Assembly: GCF_001194135.2 (NCBI RefSeq)
Contig: NC_069005.1
Span: 2,269,200 to 2,316,411, forward strand
Reading direction: 5' to 3'
DNA length: 47,212 nt
Source: Octopus bimaculoides
Taxonomy: Eukaryota
A program made the translations under genes and the position numbers. Shown piece by piece: positions 10,410-21,885 of the stretch. How positions within the stretch are numbered: position 1 is the first letter of the stretch; each line of letters starts with the position of its first letter. The notes below the pieces were generated by a model. It had not been told where the DNA came from. It saw only the letters and a program-made list of their open reading frames with translations, and did not search any database.

Positions 10410-10816
10410 GATTAGAGTACAAACATGAAATTTTGAGAGCGGTCGGGTTCATTTTTAGTATTCTCATTTGTGAGAGCAGTCGAGTTTATTTCAGATATTC
10501 TCATTTTAAAAATCATCTCCGGTTAATCGTTGAGAGAACGTTGGTGCTGCCTTGGCGGAGGTTTGCGTTCTCCGGGTGCTCTTGTTCCTTATTAATTTCG
10601 TTAAATATTTTCATTAAATTTAAATATTTCTTATATAAAAAAATAAAAAACGGTCATGACAAAAGAACGAACGAATTTTTGCATTTAAATCAAGAAATAT
10701 TTTTTTCATTAATTCTACTTTTTAATATTACTGCAGAAATTTGCAAAATGGTGGTCGATAATTTATCAACGATTCTATGAGGGGATCGATAAGAATTTTG
10801 CTGATCCCTGGTCTTC

Positions 10817-11330
10817 ATGGTTGTGTGGTGAGGAGTTTGCTTTCAAACCACATGGTTCCGGGCTCAGTAACTCCGTGTTTCATATTTTGCAAGTGTCTTC
10901 TACTAGAGCCTCGCGCTAACCAAAGCCTTATGAGTGGATTTCGAAGATAGAAGTTGAAAGACACCCACCGTGCGATAGCTAACTTCTCGCGATTTTATAT
11001 ATTTAATTTCGTGCATGCACGTTGTTTGTTTTTGATTCTGTCGGCTACACAGTATAGTAGGGTCAGTTGGGCATCATCTGTGATAAAAACATATACATAT
11101 ATATATCCATGTGTATGTGACTGTGTCTGTGTTTGTCCCCACTCGTCGACTGACAACCGGTGCTGGTATATTTACGTCTCTGTAAGTTAGCCGTTCGGCA
11201 AAAGAGACCTATAGAATAAGTACCACGGATTTATTAATGTGTTGGGGTCGATTCTTTCGACTAAAAATTCTTCAAGGCGGTGCCCCAGCATAGCCGCAGT
11301 CCAGTCCAATCGCTGAAACAAATAAATGAT
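10817..11330 (+). mobile_element. SINE-A, near full length
   Basis: Head 10817-10975, variable TA/TG-rich middle, tail 11125-11330 ending GGTGCCCCAGCATAGCCGCAGTC..CTGAAACAAATAAATGATAAAGA. Confidence 0.85.
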
Positions 11331-11535
11331 AAAGAAGAATTGGACAACGCTCAGTATGGTCCCGAGGTCAGAGAGTGTCCACAGGGTGAGAGCGTTAGCA
11401 CTTGCTTGGCTCGGACAAACCTGGATTACTGAGCTTCCATGATTAATTCCAGTTGGTTTGTCTCTCTTGGAACGTCTAGCCCATCACATATCTTCACGTT
11501 CGGTTTTCGTATGGCTTTTGTTCTCATCTATTAAT

Positions 11536-11730
11536 ATAATTATTACCTTTGCACTGCTTCTAACGCTGGAGATGTACTACAGTGTCAGCTGTTCCCTACC
11601 AGTGAACTAAGGTAACACCTCTTATTTTCCGAGCACCTTCCGGAGAATTCGAGCAGTTCCAAGCAGTGCTGTTTTCTGCAAGTGCTCCACCCTTATTGCA
11701 GCCCCTATTTGTTCCACGTACTTCGAGATT
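11536..11730 (-). pseudogene. R4/Dong-like REL LINE extreme 3' end (ORF end plus 3' UTR)
   Basis: Minus strand KYVEQIGAAIRVEHLQKTALLGTARILRKVLGK* (stop 11622-11624), the typical QKxxLLGTARILR terminus; (TTA)n at 11730-11752 and a TAA-rich 3' end. Confidence 0.85.
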
Positions 11731-11879
11731 TATTATTATTATTATTATTATTACTATTTGCATAATTAATTCTATGTAATTCTTACCGTATTTTTACCCC
11801 CTTCTTCTTGTTCCTAACCTGGTCTTGTAACGTTCCTTTAACTTTTAGCCCTTGAGGCAAATAAAACAAATCGTTATTA

Positions 11880-12371
11880 CTATGATTATCAACATTGCTG
11901 ATGTTATAAACAATTCCTTACAATTTCACCGACGTTGTTGTTGTTGTTGTTTTCATTTATTAATTATTTATTTTGCTTATAAATGTTTAGTAGCTGATTT
12001 TGTTATCGCCGATTATTATTATTACCACCACCACCACCACTTCCACCACCACCACCATTATTATCATTATTATTATTATTATTGCTGCCGTCGCCGTTGT
12101 AAATTCGTTACCCGCCGTTGTTGTTTCTTTTTTAATCGTCGCTTTTGTTGTTATATTTATTGTTGTTTAAGCTCGCTTGGTTGTGTTGTTGTTGCTATTG
12201 TTGCTGTAGTAATTCCTGCTGCTGCTGCTGTCGCCATCATCATCATCCCCATCATCATCACTACTACTACTACTACTATTACTATTATTATCATTATTAT
12301 TGTCGTGGTCGTCATCGTAGCAGCTGTTTTTGTTGTTAACAGTTATTGTTGCTTTTATTACTTGCTGTGCG

Positions 12372-12400
<29 letters not shown>
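11880..12400. repeat. Compound trinucleotide array (TTG/TTA/CCA/CAT/CTA)
   Basis: Directly visible. Confidence 0.9.
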
Positions 12401-12404
<4 letters not shown>

Positions 12405-12529
12405 AATTACAGTGTGAAAGCAATTATGTTATTGATAGAGAGACGACGACGTCTGCGCGTGTGTGTAATGGCCTGTTCCTTCACAGTCAATCAGCGATCA
12501 TCGCCGCCATTGACGTTGCAGTGGCGACA

Positions 12530-13560
12530 GCAAGGTGGGGTGGAGGCGGCGGCAGAGGATACGGTGGTTGTGGTGGTGGTGGTGGGCGCGGCGGTGGTNN
12601 NNNNNNNNNNNNNNNNNNNNNNNNNNNNNNNNNNNNNNNNNNNNNNNNNNNNNNNNNNNNNNNNNNNNNNNNNNNNNNNNNNNNNNNNNNNNNNNNNNNN
12701 NNNNNNNNNNNNNNNNNNNNNNNNNNNNNNNNNNNNNNNNNNNNNNNNNNNNNNNNNNNNNNNNNNNNNNNNNNNNNNNNNNNNNNNNNNNNNNNNNNNN
12801 NNNNNNNNNNNNNNNNNNNNNNNNNNNNNNNNNNNNNNNNNNNNNNNNNNNNNNNNNNNNNNNNNNNNNNNNNNNNNNNNNNNNNNNNNNNNNNNNNNNN
12901 NNNNNNNNNNNNNNNNNNNNNNNNNNNNNNNNNNNNNNNNNNNNNNNNNNNNNNNNNNNNNNNNNNNNNNNNNNNNNNNNNNNNNNNNNNNNNNNNNNNN
13001 NNNNNNNNNNNNNNNNNNNNNNNNNNNNNNNNNNNNNNNNNNNNNNNNNNNNNNNNNNNNNNNNNNNNNNNNNNNNNNNNNNNNNNNNNNNNNNNNNNNN
13101 NNNNNNNNNNNNNNNNNNNNNNNNNNNNNNACAAGTAGCTGCAGTAGGGGCGGATTGCGGTGGCGGTGGCGGTGGTGGTAGTGAAAGCAATAGGAAAGTT
13201 GGTGGCACTGCTGGTGGCGTTGGAAGCGTGTCGGTGCCGCCAACGATGGCAGGTGGCGGAGGCACTGCAATGATGGTGATTGTAGTGGTGGTGGTGGTGG
13301 TGATTGGTTGTAGAGCAAATGATGGTAATGGTTGTGGTGATGGTGGTGGCGGTGGTAGTAGTAGTAGTCGTAGTACCCATAGTAGTAGTAGCAGCAAGGG
13401 GGAGGAGGTGTTGGTTGAAGTGAGAGGAGTAGCGGTTGGAGACCATGAGGTGTGTAGTTATGGCGACAAAGGAAGTGGGAGGTGAAAGATGAATCGACAA
13501 ATGTGGAGATGGTTGGAGGTGATAATCATAATGCTTGTATTACAACTACTACTATTATTA
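12530..13560. repeat. GC-rich (GGT/GGC/GTA) low-complexity tract spanning a 532-N gap
   Basis: Visible on both sides of gap 12599-13130. Confidence 0.8.
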
Positions 13561-13734
13561 CCATCACACACACATATATATATATTTATGTGTGTGCGTG
13601 TGTGCGTGCGTGCGTGCGTGCGTGCGTGTAGAAAACACTTTGCCTAAGGTGCCACCCAGAGCAGCGAAGACAGCTGGAATAAAGACCGCGAAGAATCTGG
13701 TCCGGCGATTCTTGCAATCCAGCCATTCTACCGT

Positions 13735-13880
13735 CTTGTGGTTTTTTTATTTATCGATCCTCAGAGAATTAAAAAAAAAAAGTTAGCAGAGGAGAGATTC
13801 GAACTTAGGAAACAAAGATTCACATCAAATATTGTAAAGCATTTTCTCTGACGTTCTAACAACTCTGCCAATTCGCCGAT
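13735..13880 (-). mobile_element. Degenerate SINE-B head
   Basis: ATCGATCCTCAGAG..ATTCGAACTTAG..GTAAAGCATTTT..GACGTTCTAACAACTCTGCCAATTCGCCG. Confidence 0.65.
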
Positions 13881-14099
13881 CGCGGATGATGGAGGCAAAA
13901 TAGAGAATTAGCGTTGACATGGCTTTTATTACTCTCTCTCTCTCTCTCTCTCTCTGTCTGTCTGTTTCACGCTTTCTGATCCGCCATTGCTCCAATATTG
14001 TTTAATCCTTTAAAGTGATGAAAACAAACCGGAAAGGGGTGAGGGGTGAAAACTGAATGTGTGCCTGTGTGGGTAGACGGGCAAGGTGGGTACTCGGTG

Positions 14100-14220
14100 A
14101 GAGAGGGACAGAGAGAGAGATTGAAAAAGAACGAAAGAGAAAGAGATAGAAGGAGAGAGCGAGAGAGGCAGAGAGTGGGAGAAGAGAGAGAGGGGAAGGA
14201 GAGGGAAAGAGAGAAAATGA
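14100..14220. repeat. (GA)n polypurine tract
   Basis: Directly visible; similar tracts at 18470-18545, 30900-30965, 32740-32860 and 46895-47040. Confidence 0.9.
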
Positions 14221-15019
14221 AGTAAAATGGCGCTAACTCTGCCCCATGTCTTGTCAACACATCAAACTGTGACGAAGGGTTTGACAGATGATGTTTTTGA
14301 ATCAGAAGACACACTAAGAGTTTCATCACGCACACACATGCACACACACACACCCACACACACACACACATACATATGTCTGTGTGTAAACATACATATA
14401 TATATTCAGTTATATATGTGCATATAAATGCATATATATCTATATATATATGTGTGTGTGTATGTATGTATGTATATATATATATGTATATATATATATG
14501 TATACATGCATACATACATACACACACATTTATGTATATACATACTTATCTAGCTATCTATCCGTCTCTCTCCCTCTCTATCTATCTATCTACTAATCTA
14601 TCGTGTATATATGTGTATGTGTCAGTGTGTAATGTGTAGATGCCTGTGTGTAATCACACACACGCACACATAAACACACATACATACGCACGTACACACG
14701 CATATGTCTACATGTCCGTACGTCGACGGTGGTTGTGGTGGGAGGTGTATTCGTACACACTTCTCTAATGGACTATTTACAAAGTGTCTTTTAGGTTTTT
14801 CACACTCGATGACGAAATAATCCCTAATCCTCATTAAATAGATTTGATAGGGAATAACGCTTGGCATATGGTATATATTGTGTGTGTGTGTATCTGTGCG
14901 TCTGTGCTTGTGCATATGTGTCTGTCTTTTCGTATGGAGGCATATTGTGTGCCGATTATATGTGTGTATGCATGTATATATATATATATATGTATATATA
15001 CATACATATATATATACAC

Positions 15020-15075
<56 letters not shown>

Positions 15076-15079
15076 CACA

Positions 15080-16215
15080 CACTGCGTGTCAAATTATTAG
15101 GCATCTCAGTTTTTTCGCAATGACAAAGTATTTACTCGTTCGAATCCAAATATTTTCGCACTGCATGATGATAACATCCATCTGCATGTACTGTACCAAA
15201 ATAAACCCGATCCACCCAAACGTAAAGAAAGAACGGCCATTTTTGTTAATAGGCATCATTTTTACTGTCCTAAATTATTAGGTAGATCTAATAAAAATGC
15301 TGATTATGCAAAAACAAGCATTACTTTAATGCGACAATTAATTTTTAACAACAAAGATATTCGTAACGGACTTTATAAGGAACATAATAATACGTTTGAA
15401 TAGAAATAATACAAGAAATATGACGTCATAAAGTTCTTAATGATAGATGTATGATCATCCACATGAAAGAACGGTCCTGACGCGTTTATGCATTGCATTT
15501 GTCAAGGTAACTATTTCATCTGGTGTAATACTGTCAGCAGCATCCACAATAGCTTTCCAGAGCGCATCTTTCGTTGAAAACTGCCATCCATCTTGATATA
15601 TCTTCCTCTTCAGAATACTTCATAGATTTTCAATCGGGTTTAAGTCGGGTGAACACATTGGCCACTTCATTAAACTGTGTCCAGAGAAGACTAATTGCTG
15701 TCGGCATTCAATAGATTTCTTGGCTGCATGGGAGGGCGCATTATCTTGTATGAATACCAGCGTTCTTTTTAATGGAACTTTCTGCTCCTTCAACCATGGC
15801 TTAAAATTGTCCTCCAAAAAGGCAACATAGGCATCAGATGTCACCTTAATTCCGCCTGGAACTTTCCAATGACCAACTAACTTGTCTCCAATGATGCCAG
15901 CCCAAATCATGACTCCGCCTCCCCTTTCTTGGCGTCTCAAACGATGAGGACGATTTTCGCAAATTGCAACACATCCTTTACTCCACCTATCTGGTCCATC
16001 TAGGGTAGGACGGCATTCATCAGTAAAGAGGACTTTTGTAAATCTATCTTCATGTAGTCATCAGCCCATTTGATTCTATTTTGTTTATGAACATCCTTCA
16101 GACGGGGGTGGTGGTGGCTTGTAACAGGTTTTACGTTCTTGGCTAGAGAAAGTGTTGATGTGCTTCCAATTGTGTGTGTAGGGAACGTGTGGATGCGTAC
16201 GTGGTCTTCTTGTAT
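15080..16215 (-). mobile_element. Tc1-like DNA transposon, DD37E (TRT-type), retaining the right TIR; 5' part lost
   Basis: Terminal CACTGCGTGTCAAATTATTAGGCA at 15080 with inner direct repeat ACTGTCCTAAATTATTAGG at 15264 (IR/DR); transposase remnant inside. Confidence 0.88.
15437..16215 (-). pseudogene. DD37E transposase, disrupted
   Basis: FTDECRPTLDGPDRW..RRQERGGGVMIWAGII..QDNAPSHAA..WPMCSPDLNPIENL*SILKRKIY; 37 residues between the second D and the E; premature TGA at 15620. Confidence 0.9.
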
Positions 16216-16374
16216 ACGATGTGTAGAGAAGGATATGCACATATATGTATGCATGTATGTATGTGCTTGTGTCAATCTGTCTGTCTGTTTTTCTGTTTCT
16301 CTCACCTCTCCATATATATATATTTATACACAAGCCCGTACGTGCATGCATATATGTGTGTGTGTGCGTGCGTC

Positions 16375-16475
16375 ATTTTGTTTTTCTTCCTACCACTTGA
16401 CAATCGGTGTTGGTTTATTTACGCCCAAGTAACTAAGCAGCTCGACAAAATGGAACTATAGAATATGCACCACAT
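16375..16475 (+). mobile_element. SINE-A tail fragment
   Basis: ACCACTTGACAATCGGTGTTGGTTTATTTACGCCCAAGTAACTAAGCAGCTCGACAAAA..ATAGAAT. Confidence 0.7.
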
Positions 16476-18007
16476 TATCCTAATACACAACTAACTAAAT
16501 AAATAAACAAATAACTAACTAAATAATCGACGAAGCCCTTCGAGGCTGTTAAATGAACGAGTAACAAATAACAGCAAAAAGATACTCAAAAGAATAACAA
16601 CTTCAAGAAAATGGTTGATTTTTAAATGTTAAACTTAAATATTTCATGAAATATCATACGTTAATGGCTTAGGCCGGTCTTATTTATATATATATGCTTA
16701 TGTATATATATATATATACATATATATATTATATACAAATGTTTATATATATAAATATATATATATTTATATGTATACACACATATATATATATATACAT
16801 TATATACACATGTTGTGTAAACGGTGTTCTAAAGAAATACAATTGAACATTACTCTATTTTGGCAGGTTTCTTTAAAGAATATGGATCCAGAGATCAAAT
16901 TCGCAAACTTTTACAGTTTTAAATAATCACCAGATTTACCTTTTTGAAAGAAAAATAAACCCGAAACCCAATTAATTGCTTCAATTAACATTATTATATT
17001 CTAAATTAAATTTATTGAAAACAAAAATATTGATTTATGTAATAAACAAACAGTGATGATATAAAAAAAAAATAGACAATATGGAAACCGAATGTTTACG
17101 CAACATTTGAAAATAATTTAAACGATCATGATATTGGATGGAATACGAAGATTAATCGAGGTTAATAACATGAAACTCCTACTGTTTTGAAGGCTTTGCT
17201 TTTGTGACAAAGTACCATGCGAGAGTTTTTCTCTGTTGAACATTGAGTACACACTGATATTTGCATGTCAGTCTGTCTGTCTGTCTGTATGTGTGTATGT
17301 ATGTATGTATTATATATGTATGTATGCCTTGAGTATGACATTAAACTGCATCCGGTATTGAGATTGCAGTTCGCGAGTTCTGGAGTTGTGGGTAGCGTGG
17401 AATCACCCCTTAATTACCATCACTCTCAGGTCCGTTCTCAACTAGAATGGTTGTGTCTGAAGGTCCCATCCATGGCTTAAATAGATTTCTCAGTGGGTAG
17501 ATGAGTCTCTCGCTATTTTTAACAAAGCCCCAAGGAAGGCAACTCTTCTAGAACAAAGATTCTCAGCCGTAAAACTTGCAGTGTAAATAGTTAACAGTTA
17601 TCTTGCAATACTTGTCACCTGAACCTTCTATATCAACGGAACCTTCTATAGAACCTTCTATGGCAAAGTTTTCGTCACATAAATCCAATGTCTGACTATC
17701 CTTTCTTTTCTTGGTCTGTTTTGTATTTTATAAATTCCTATGGCAATGGATGCGTGGTGACGTGTAAAGTCTTATCTGCGCACATGCAAGGACGAAAGAA
17801 AATCAGGACAGCCAGGCAGAATGTGAGATGATTATCATCTGACAAGATGAAGTAATCATCATATGTGTACGGGAAAACGCAACGTGGAGGGGTCACTCCT
17901 GTTGTAACTGTGTCAGGCGTTAGGCCTAGTAACAACCACTTGGTTCAGGCAAGAAGGATAAATATATAAGGCTATTTGGAAACACCCACGTTTAGGTCAA
18001 TGGTCAA

Positions 18008-18200
18008 GTTAGCTTCCTTCTTGAATCATACCGACTCATAAGGGCCGGATTCCCGGTTTCCATGGATGGGACGCCGGTCTGTCGCAGGATAACTCATATT
18101 TACCAGCTGAGTGGTCTGGAGCAACGTGAAATGAAGTGTTTTGCTCAAGAACACAAAGCGTCGCCCAGTCCAGGAATTGAAACCACAATCTTATGTTCAT
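18008..18200 (-). mobile_element. SINE-D, CORE-like SINE fragment
   Basis: Minus strand GGTTTCAATTCCTGG (B-box) then GTGTTCTTGAGCAAAACACTTCATTTCACGTTGCTCCAG..CACTCAGCTGGTAAATATGAGT, resembling the CORE domain of invertebrate CORE-SINEs. Confidence 0.7.
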
Positions 18201-18269
18201 GTACATTAAAAGTAAAAATTTAAAAAGCGTGTATAAGTTTGTCTGCCTAGGTAGTACACTATCCAAATT

Positions 18270-18437
18270 TACGACGGGCTTCTTTCAGTTTCCGTCAGCC
18301 AAATCTATTCACAAGGTGTTGGTCGTCCCGAGGCTATAGTCGAAGACACTTGCCCAAGGTGCCAAACAGTGGGACTGAACGTGGAAACAATGTGGTTGGA
18401 AAGCAAGCTATTTACCACGCAACCACAACTGCGCCTA
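18270..18437 (-). mobile_element. SINE-A head
   Basis: CGACGGGCTTCTTTCAGTTTCCGT..GAGGCTATAGT.GAAGACACTTGCCCAAGGTGCC..GGGACTGAAC..TTACCACGCAACCAC. Confidence 0.88.
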
Positions 18438-18726
18438 TATGTATGTGTATGTGTGTGTGTAGGTATACAGGGAGAAGGAGAGAGAGAGAGAGAGAGAAAA
18501 GGGGAGGGAGAGTGAGAAAGTGGAAGGGAGAGAGGAAGATATATAGGTAGACAAACAGCTGGATATAAAGACATCAGACAGACAGAGATAGACAGATGGA
18601 TTGATAGATAGAGAAACAAACAGATATTTGTAAGCATTCATATGTATACATATACACGTATACACATTTATATAAATATATGTATATATATAATGTATAG
18701 ACACACACACACACACGCATATACGC

Positions 18727-18776
<50 letters not shown>

Positions 18777-19499
18777 ATTTTTCGCAAGTATGCATACATA
18801 CCTACTTCAATATATGAAAGCAACGACTCAAGTTGAAAGCATTCAAGTGCCAAGTCGGACAGTTCTTGTTTGCCAAAGTCACTGGTGAACGTGGAAATCT
18901 TCATTGTAGGAGACACATATCCTCCATGATAAACCTGCGCCATATTGACAAATCCACTCCAATTACTTGTCTTAAAAATTCGATTATCTTGGCTCATCAG
19001 CAGCTTTTGTTTTGGGCCTGTCTTTTGTTTTTCATTTTCTGATTCTTATCGTTTATATTATTCATTTATTTTCCTTTGATTAGAGGCTAATAGTACAGTA
19101 TCTCTTATCGCTTCATTCCGGTAATGATACAGATAAGCTTAATACGAGAAATAAGGAGATGAAAAAGAAAAAAAAGAAATATATCTGAAACGAACTTTGA
19201 AGCTAAGAAGAAGAATTAAAAAAAAAAAAAATGAAAATGGCAGCACTAATCATGATTACTTATATAGGTAGGTATCAAGCCACCATAAATATTGTGGAAA
19301 GGAGGGCTGGAAGGTATTTCAATTAATTGACCCCGTTATTTCACTAATACCTAATGTGCCGACCCCTGCAGGAGCGAAGGTAACGTAAAGGGACATAACT
19401 AAATACTGCAAAATTTTTTATCTAATGGTATATTATGTCTGCCAAGAAGTCGACGAGTAAATTGTTTGTTGTTGTTGTTGATGACGACGATGACGATGA

Positions 19500-19880
19500 T
19501 TTTGGTGCGAGGCAGTTATATGATTCAAAGGCGTTCCAACCGGAAGTTATCCCATCTAAATTCCAAGCTACTTTATCTAATCTGTCTTTCAATTTTTCAA
19601 ATCCTTCTATTGTGCGTCGATTTGTGATTTGACGATTATACTGGCTGCTATGTCTAACTGATTGATCGCTGATTTGCAAGCTTTCGTGTGAACTGGTGTA
19701 AGGAATAGCATTTGTGTAATGCTACTAAATTTGTCTGAAGAACCATGATTGATAATTATTTTGTGGGCTCCTGAACATGGAAAGTCAAATCTAAATTCTG
19801 AAGGGTTTGAACGCGGAGACGTAAAAGAAACATAATTAAATATCACAATGTATTCTGCCCGATGCTCCGCCAATTACGTC
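19500..19880 (-). pseudogene. Possible Penelope-like (GIY-YIG) element C-terminal fossil
   Basis: Fragments FRFDFPCSG, KSAINQ, DRLDKVAWNL and a terminus resembling NGLKASKELQLF; heavily frameshifted. Confidence 0.35.
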
Positions 19881-19939
19881 AAAAAGAATCAAGAGAATAA
19901 TTAACAAGTGATCCTTCCAGCAACAGCCTGACCGTCTGG

Positions 19940-20130
19940 ATGTTGGGACCCACAAAGCCGAATGCGCCCACTGGCTGATCTATACACTCTGCCACATAAG
20001 GTGCGCTACAGATCATGGTTGATGGGGCGCCTCCGTGATCACGCTTGTGTTGGAATAGGCCTTCCCCTGAGAAGCAGATACAACGAGCTGGTCACACGAC
20101 GGAGACTGTTTCATGTCCTTCTCATGGTTC
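19940..20130 (-). pseudogene. Possible RTE-like LINE 3' end fossil
   Basis: GC-richer island; fragments SPSCDQLV and TLCGRVYRSASG resemble the terminal CxxCGR..S..G finger of RTE ORF2. Confidence 0.25.
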
Positions 20131-20394
20131 ACTTCCTCTATATATTTACCATCGCGTTTCAACTCAGTGTGTGCAGCCTTGTTGTTCTCGAAATCTTTAT
20201 CACTAGTAACAATCACATTCCTCCACAGCTCCCTATTTCATGCAAGATCATCGATATTGATCTTTTTAAGTATTAAGATTGAAACGCTTACACGGCTTGC
20301 ACTGGGGATGTTTTCCTTTCTCCAATTCACCATGCATCACTTGTTTTGGCGTGCGAAAATCCACTAAATGGTGAAGAGGAAAAGACCATCTAAG

Positions 20395-20950
20395 TCGGTG
20401 CTTCATAATCATTTTAACAGATATATTTACCAAAATTGCTTTAATATCTTGAAATACTAAAGAGTAAATTTATTCAATAAAATCACCATTGGCTTCAACC
20501 ACGGCCTCCAGACGACTTCAAAATCTCCTGCAACTCTTCTGGACGGTCTCCTTGTTTAAGTTGGTGAATGCTGTCATAATCCTCGCCTTTGGTCTTACCA
20601 GGAGTTTTGTTCGTCTCTCGCTCATCTGCGTCCCACACATAATAATCAAGAGGGTTGCAGTCTGGGGAGTTGTTAGGTGGCCAGATTTTAGGGGTGATGT
20701 GGTTGCAGAAATTGTCTGAAAGCCATGACTGGGTTCTTCTGCTTGTGTGGCATGGTGTGTAGTCCTGTTGACAGACATAGGGTCTTCCAGCAGTCACCCT
20801 CTTGACCCAAAACAGCACTACCTCCTCCAGGCACTTGATGCAGGCCTCCTTGTTGGGTCTGGGGCTGTATGGGAACATGAATGGATGCATAACATTGCCA
20901 TCACAAGTGATCACTCCAAACGTCATGATGATAACTTGTTCGATTTTTCT
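20395..20950 (-). mobile_element. mariner/maT-type (DD37D) transposon, C-terminal transposase remnant plus 3' end
   Basis: IMTFGVITCDGNVMHPFMF..CLEEVVLFWVKRV..QQDYTPCHTSRRTQSWL..WPPNNSPDCNPLDYYVW..FTNLNKETVQKSCRRF..VEANGDFIE* (stop 20470-20472). Confidence 0.9.
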
Positions 20951-21014
20951 CACTCTCGGTACGTGTGCTCAGATTGCACTGTCCTGAGATTGACACCCAA
21001 ACATTCTGAAATGT

Positions 21015-21080
21015 TCGTATTGGACCCCGTGACCATGTGGTTTGGAAGCGAGAGCTACCACACAGCCACTCCTGCGCCTA
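21015..21080 (-). mobile_element. SINE-A 5' head fragment
   Basis: ACCATGTGGTTTGGAAGCGAG..CTACCACACAGCCACTCCTGCGCC. Confidence 0.75.
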
Positions 21081-21601
21081 TACATTTATGCGTGTGTGTA
21101 GTTATGTAATAGTGGTGTTTATTTATCCATTTTGAAATGTACGTCGGTCTACGAATACACGCATGCGCTCTCGTTCTAGCATGTGTATAGTAATGTGTTT
21201 CTGGACTGATTGTTGATTGAAGAAATGTAATTGAGGAGAGCAGAAAAGTACACGTTCACACACACACACACACACACACACATACTTCGACGCTGTTATT
21301 CACACATACACCTACACTAAAATTCACATAGTATCACACATACACACATATTCGTACATAGATACCCACTTATTAAGACATACGTTCATATTTAAGGCAA
21401 ATACTACAGCACAAACTGTGAGATACATACATATAAATACATATATATACATATATATACATATATATACACATGCACGTGCTTCGACACATCTTCATTC
21501 GAACACACACAAGGGAATTAAATGTAAAGAAATATGCAGACACATACGTTCATGCAAACGTATACATTCACTCAGTCTAAAGTAATCGTCATTGAACGCA
21601 T

Positions 21602-21639
<38 letters not shown>

Positions 21640-21676
21640 ACGCAAGTAGACATACATACACACGTATATGTATGTG

Positions 21677-21708
<32 letters not shown>

Positions 21709-21854
21709 CACATACACACATACATATATATATATATGTATATATACACACATACATACAAACGTACGTAGATAAATATTTAAACATACTCTGTAATACT
21801 ACATACATACCGTTGCACACTGTCAGACAGGTACACATACATTCATATATACCT

Positions 21855-21885
<31 letters not shown>

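Noticed and set aside
11852-13138. 428-aa ORF, the longest in the track
   Set aside because: Built from triplet arrays plus 532 Ns and starts at a non-ATG codon; only the GC-rich part is kept as a weak exon candidate
17621-17662. Heat-shock element (three GAACCTTCTA repeats)
   Set aside because: GAAnnTTC units are not in the 5-bp alternating phase needed for a three-unit HSE; more simply a local duplication
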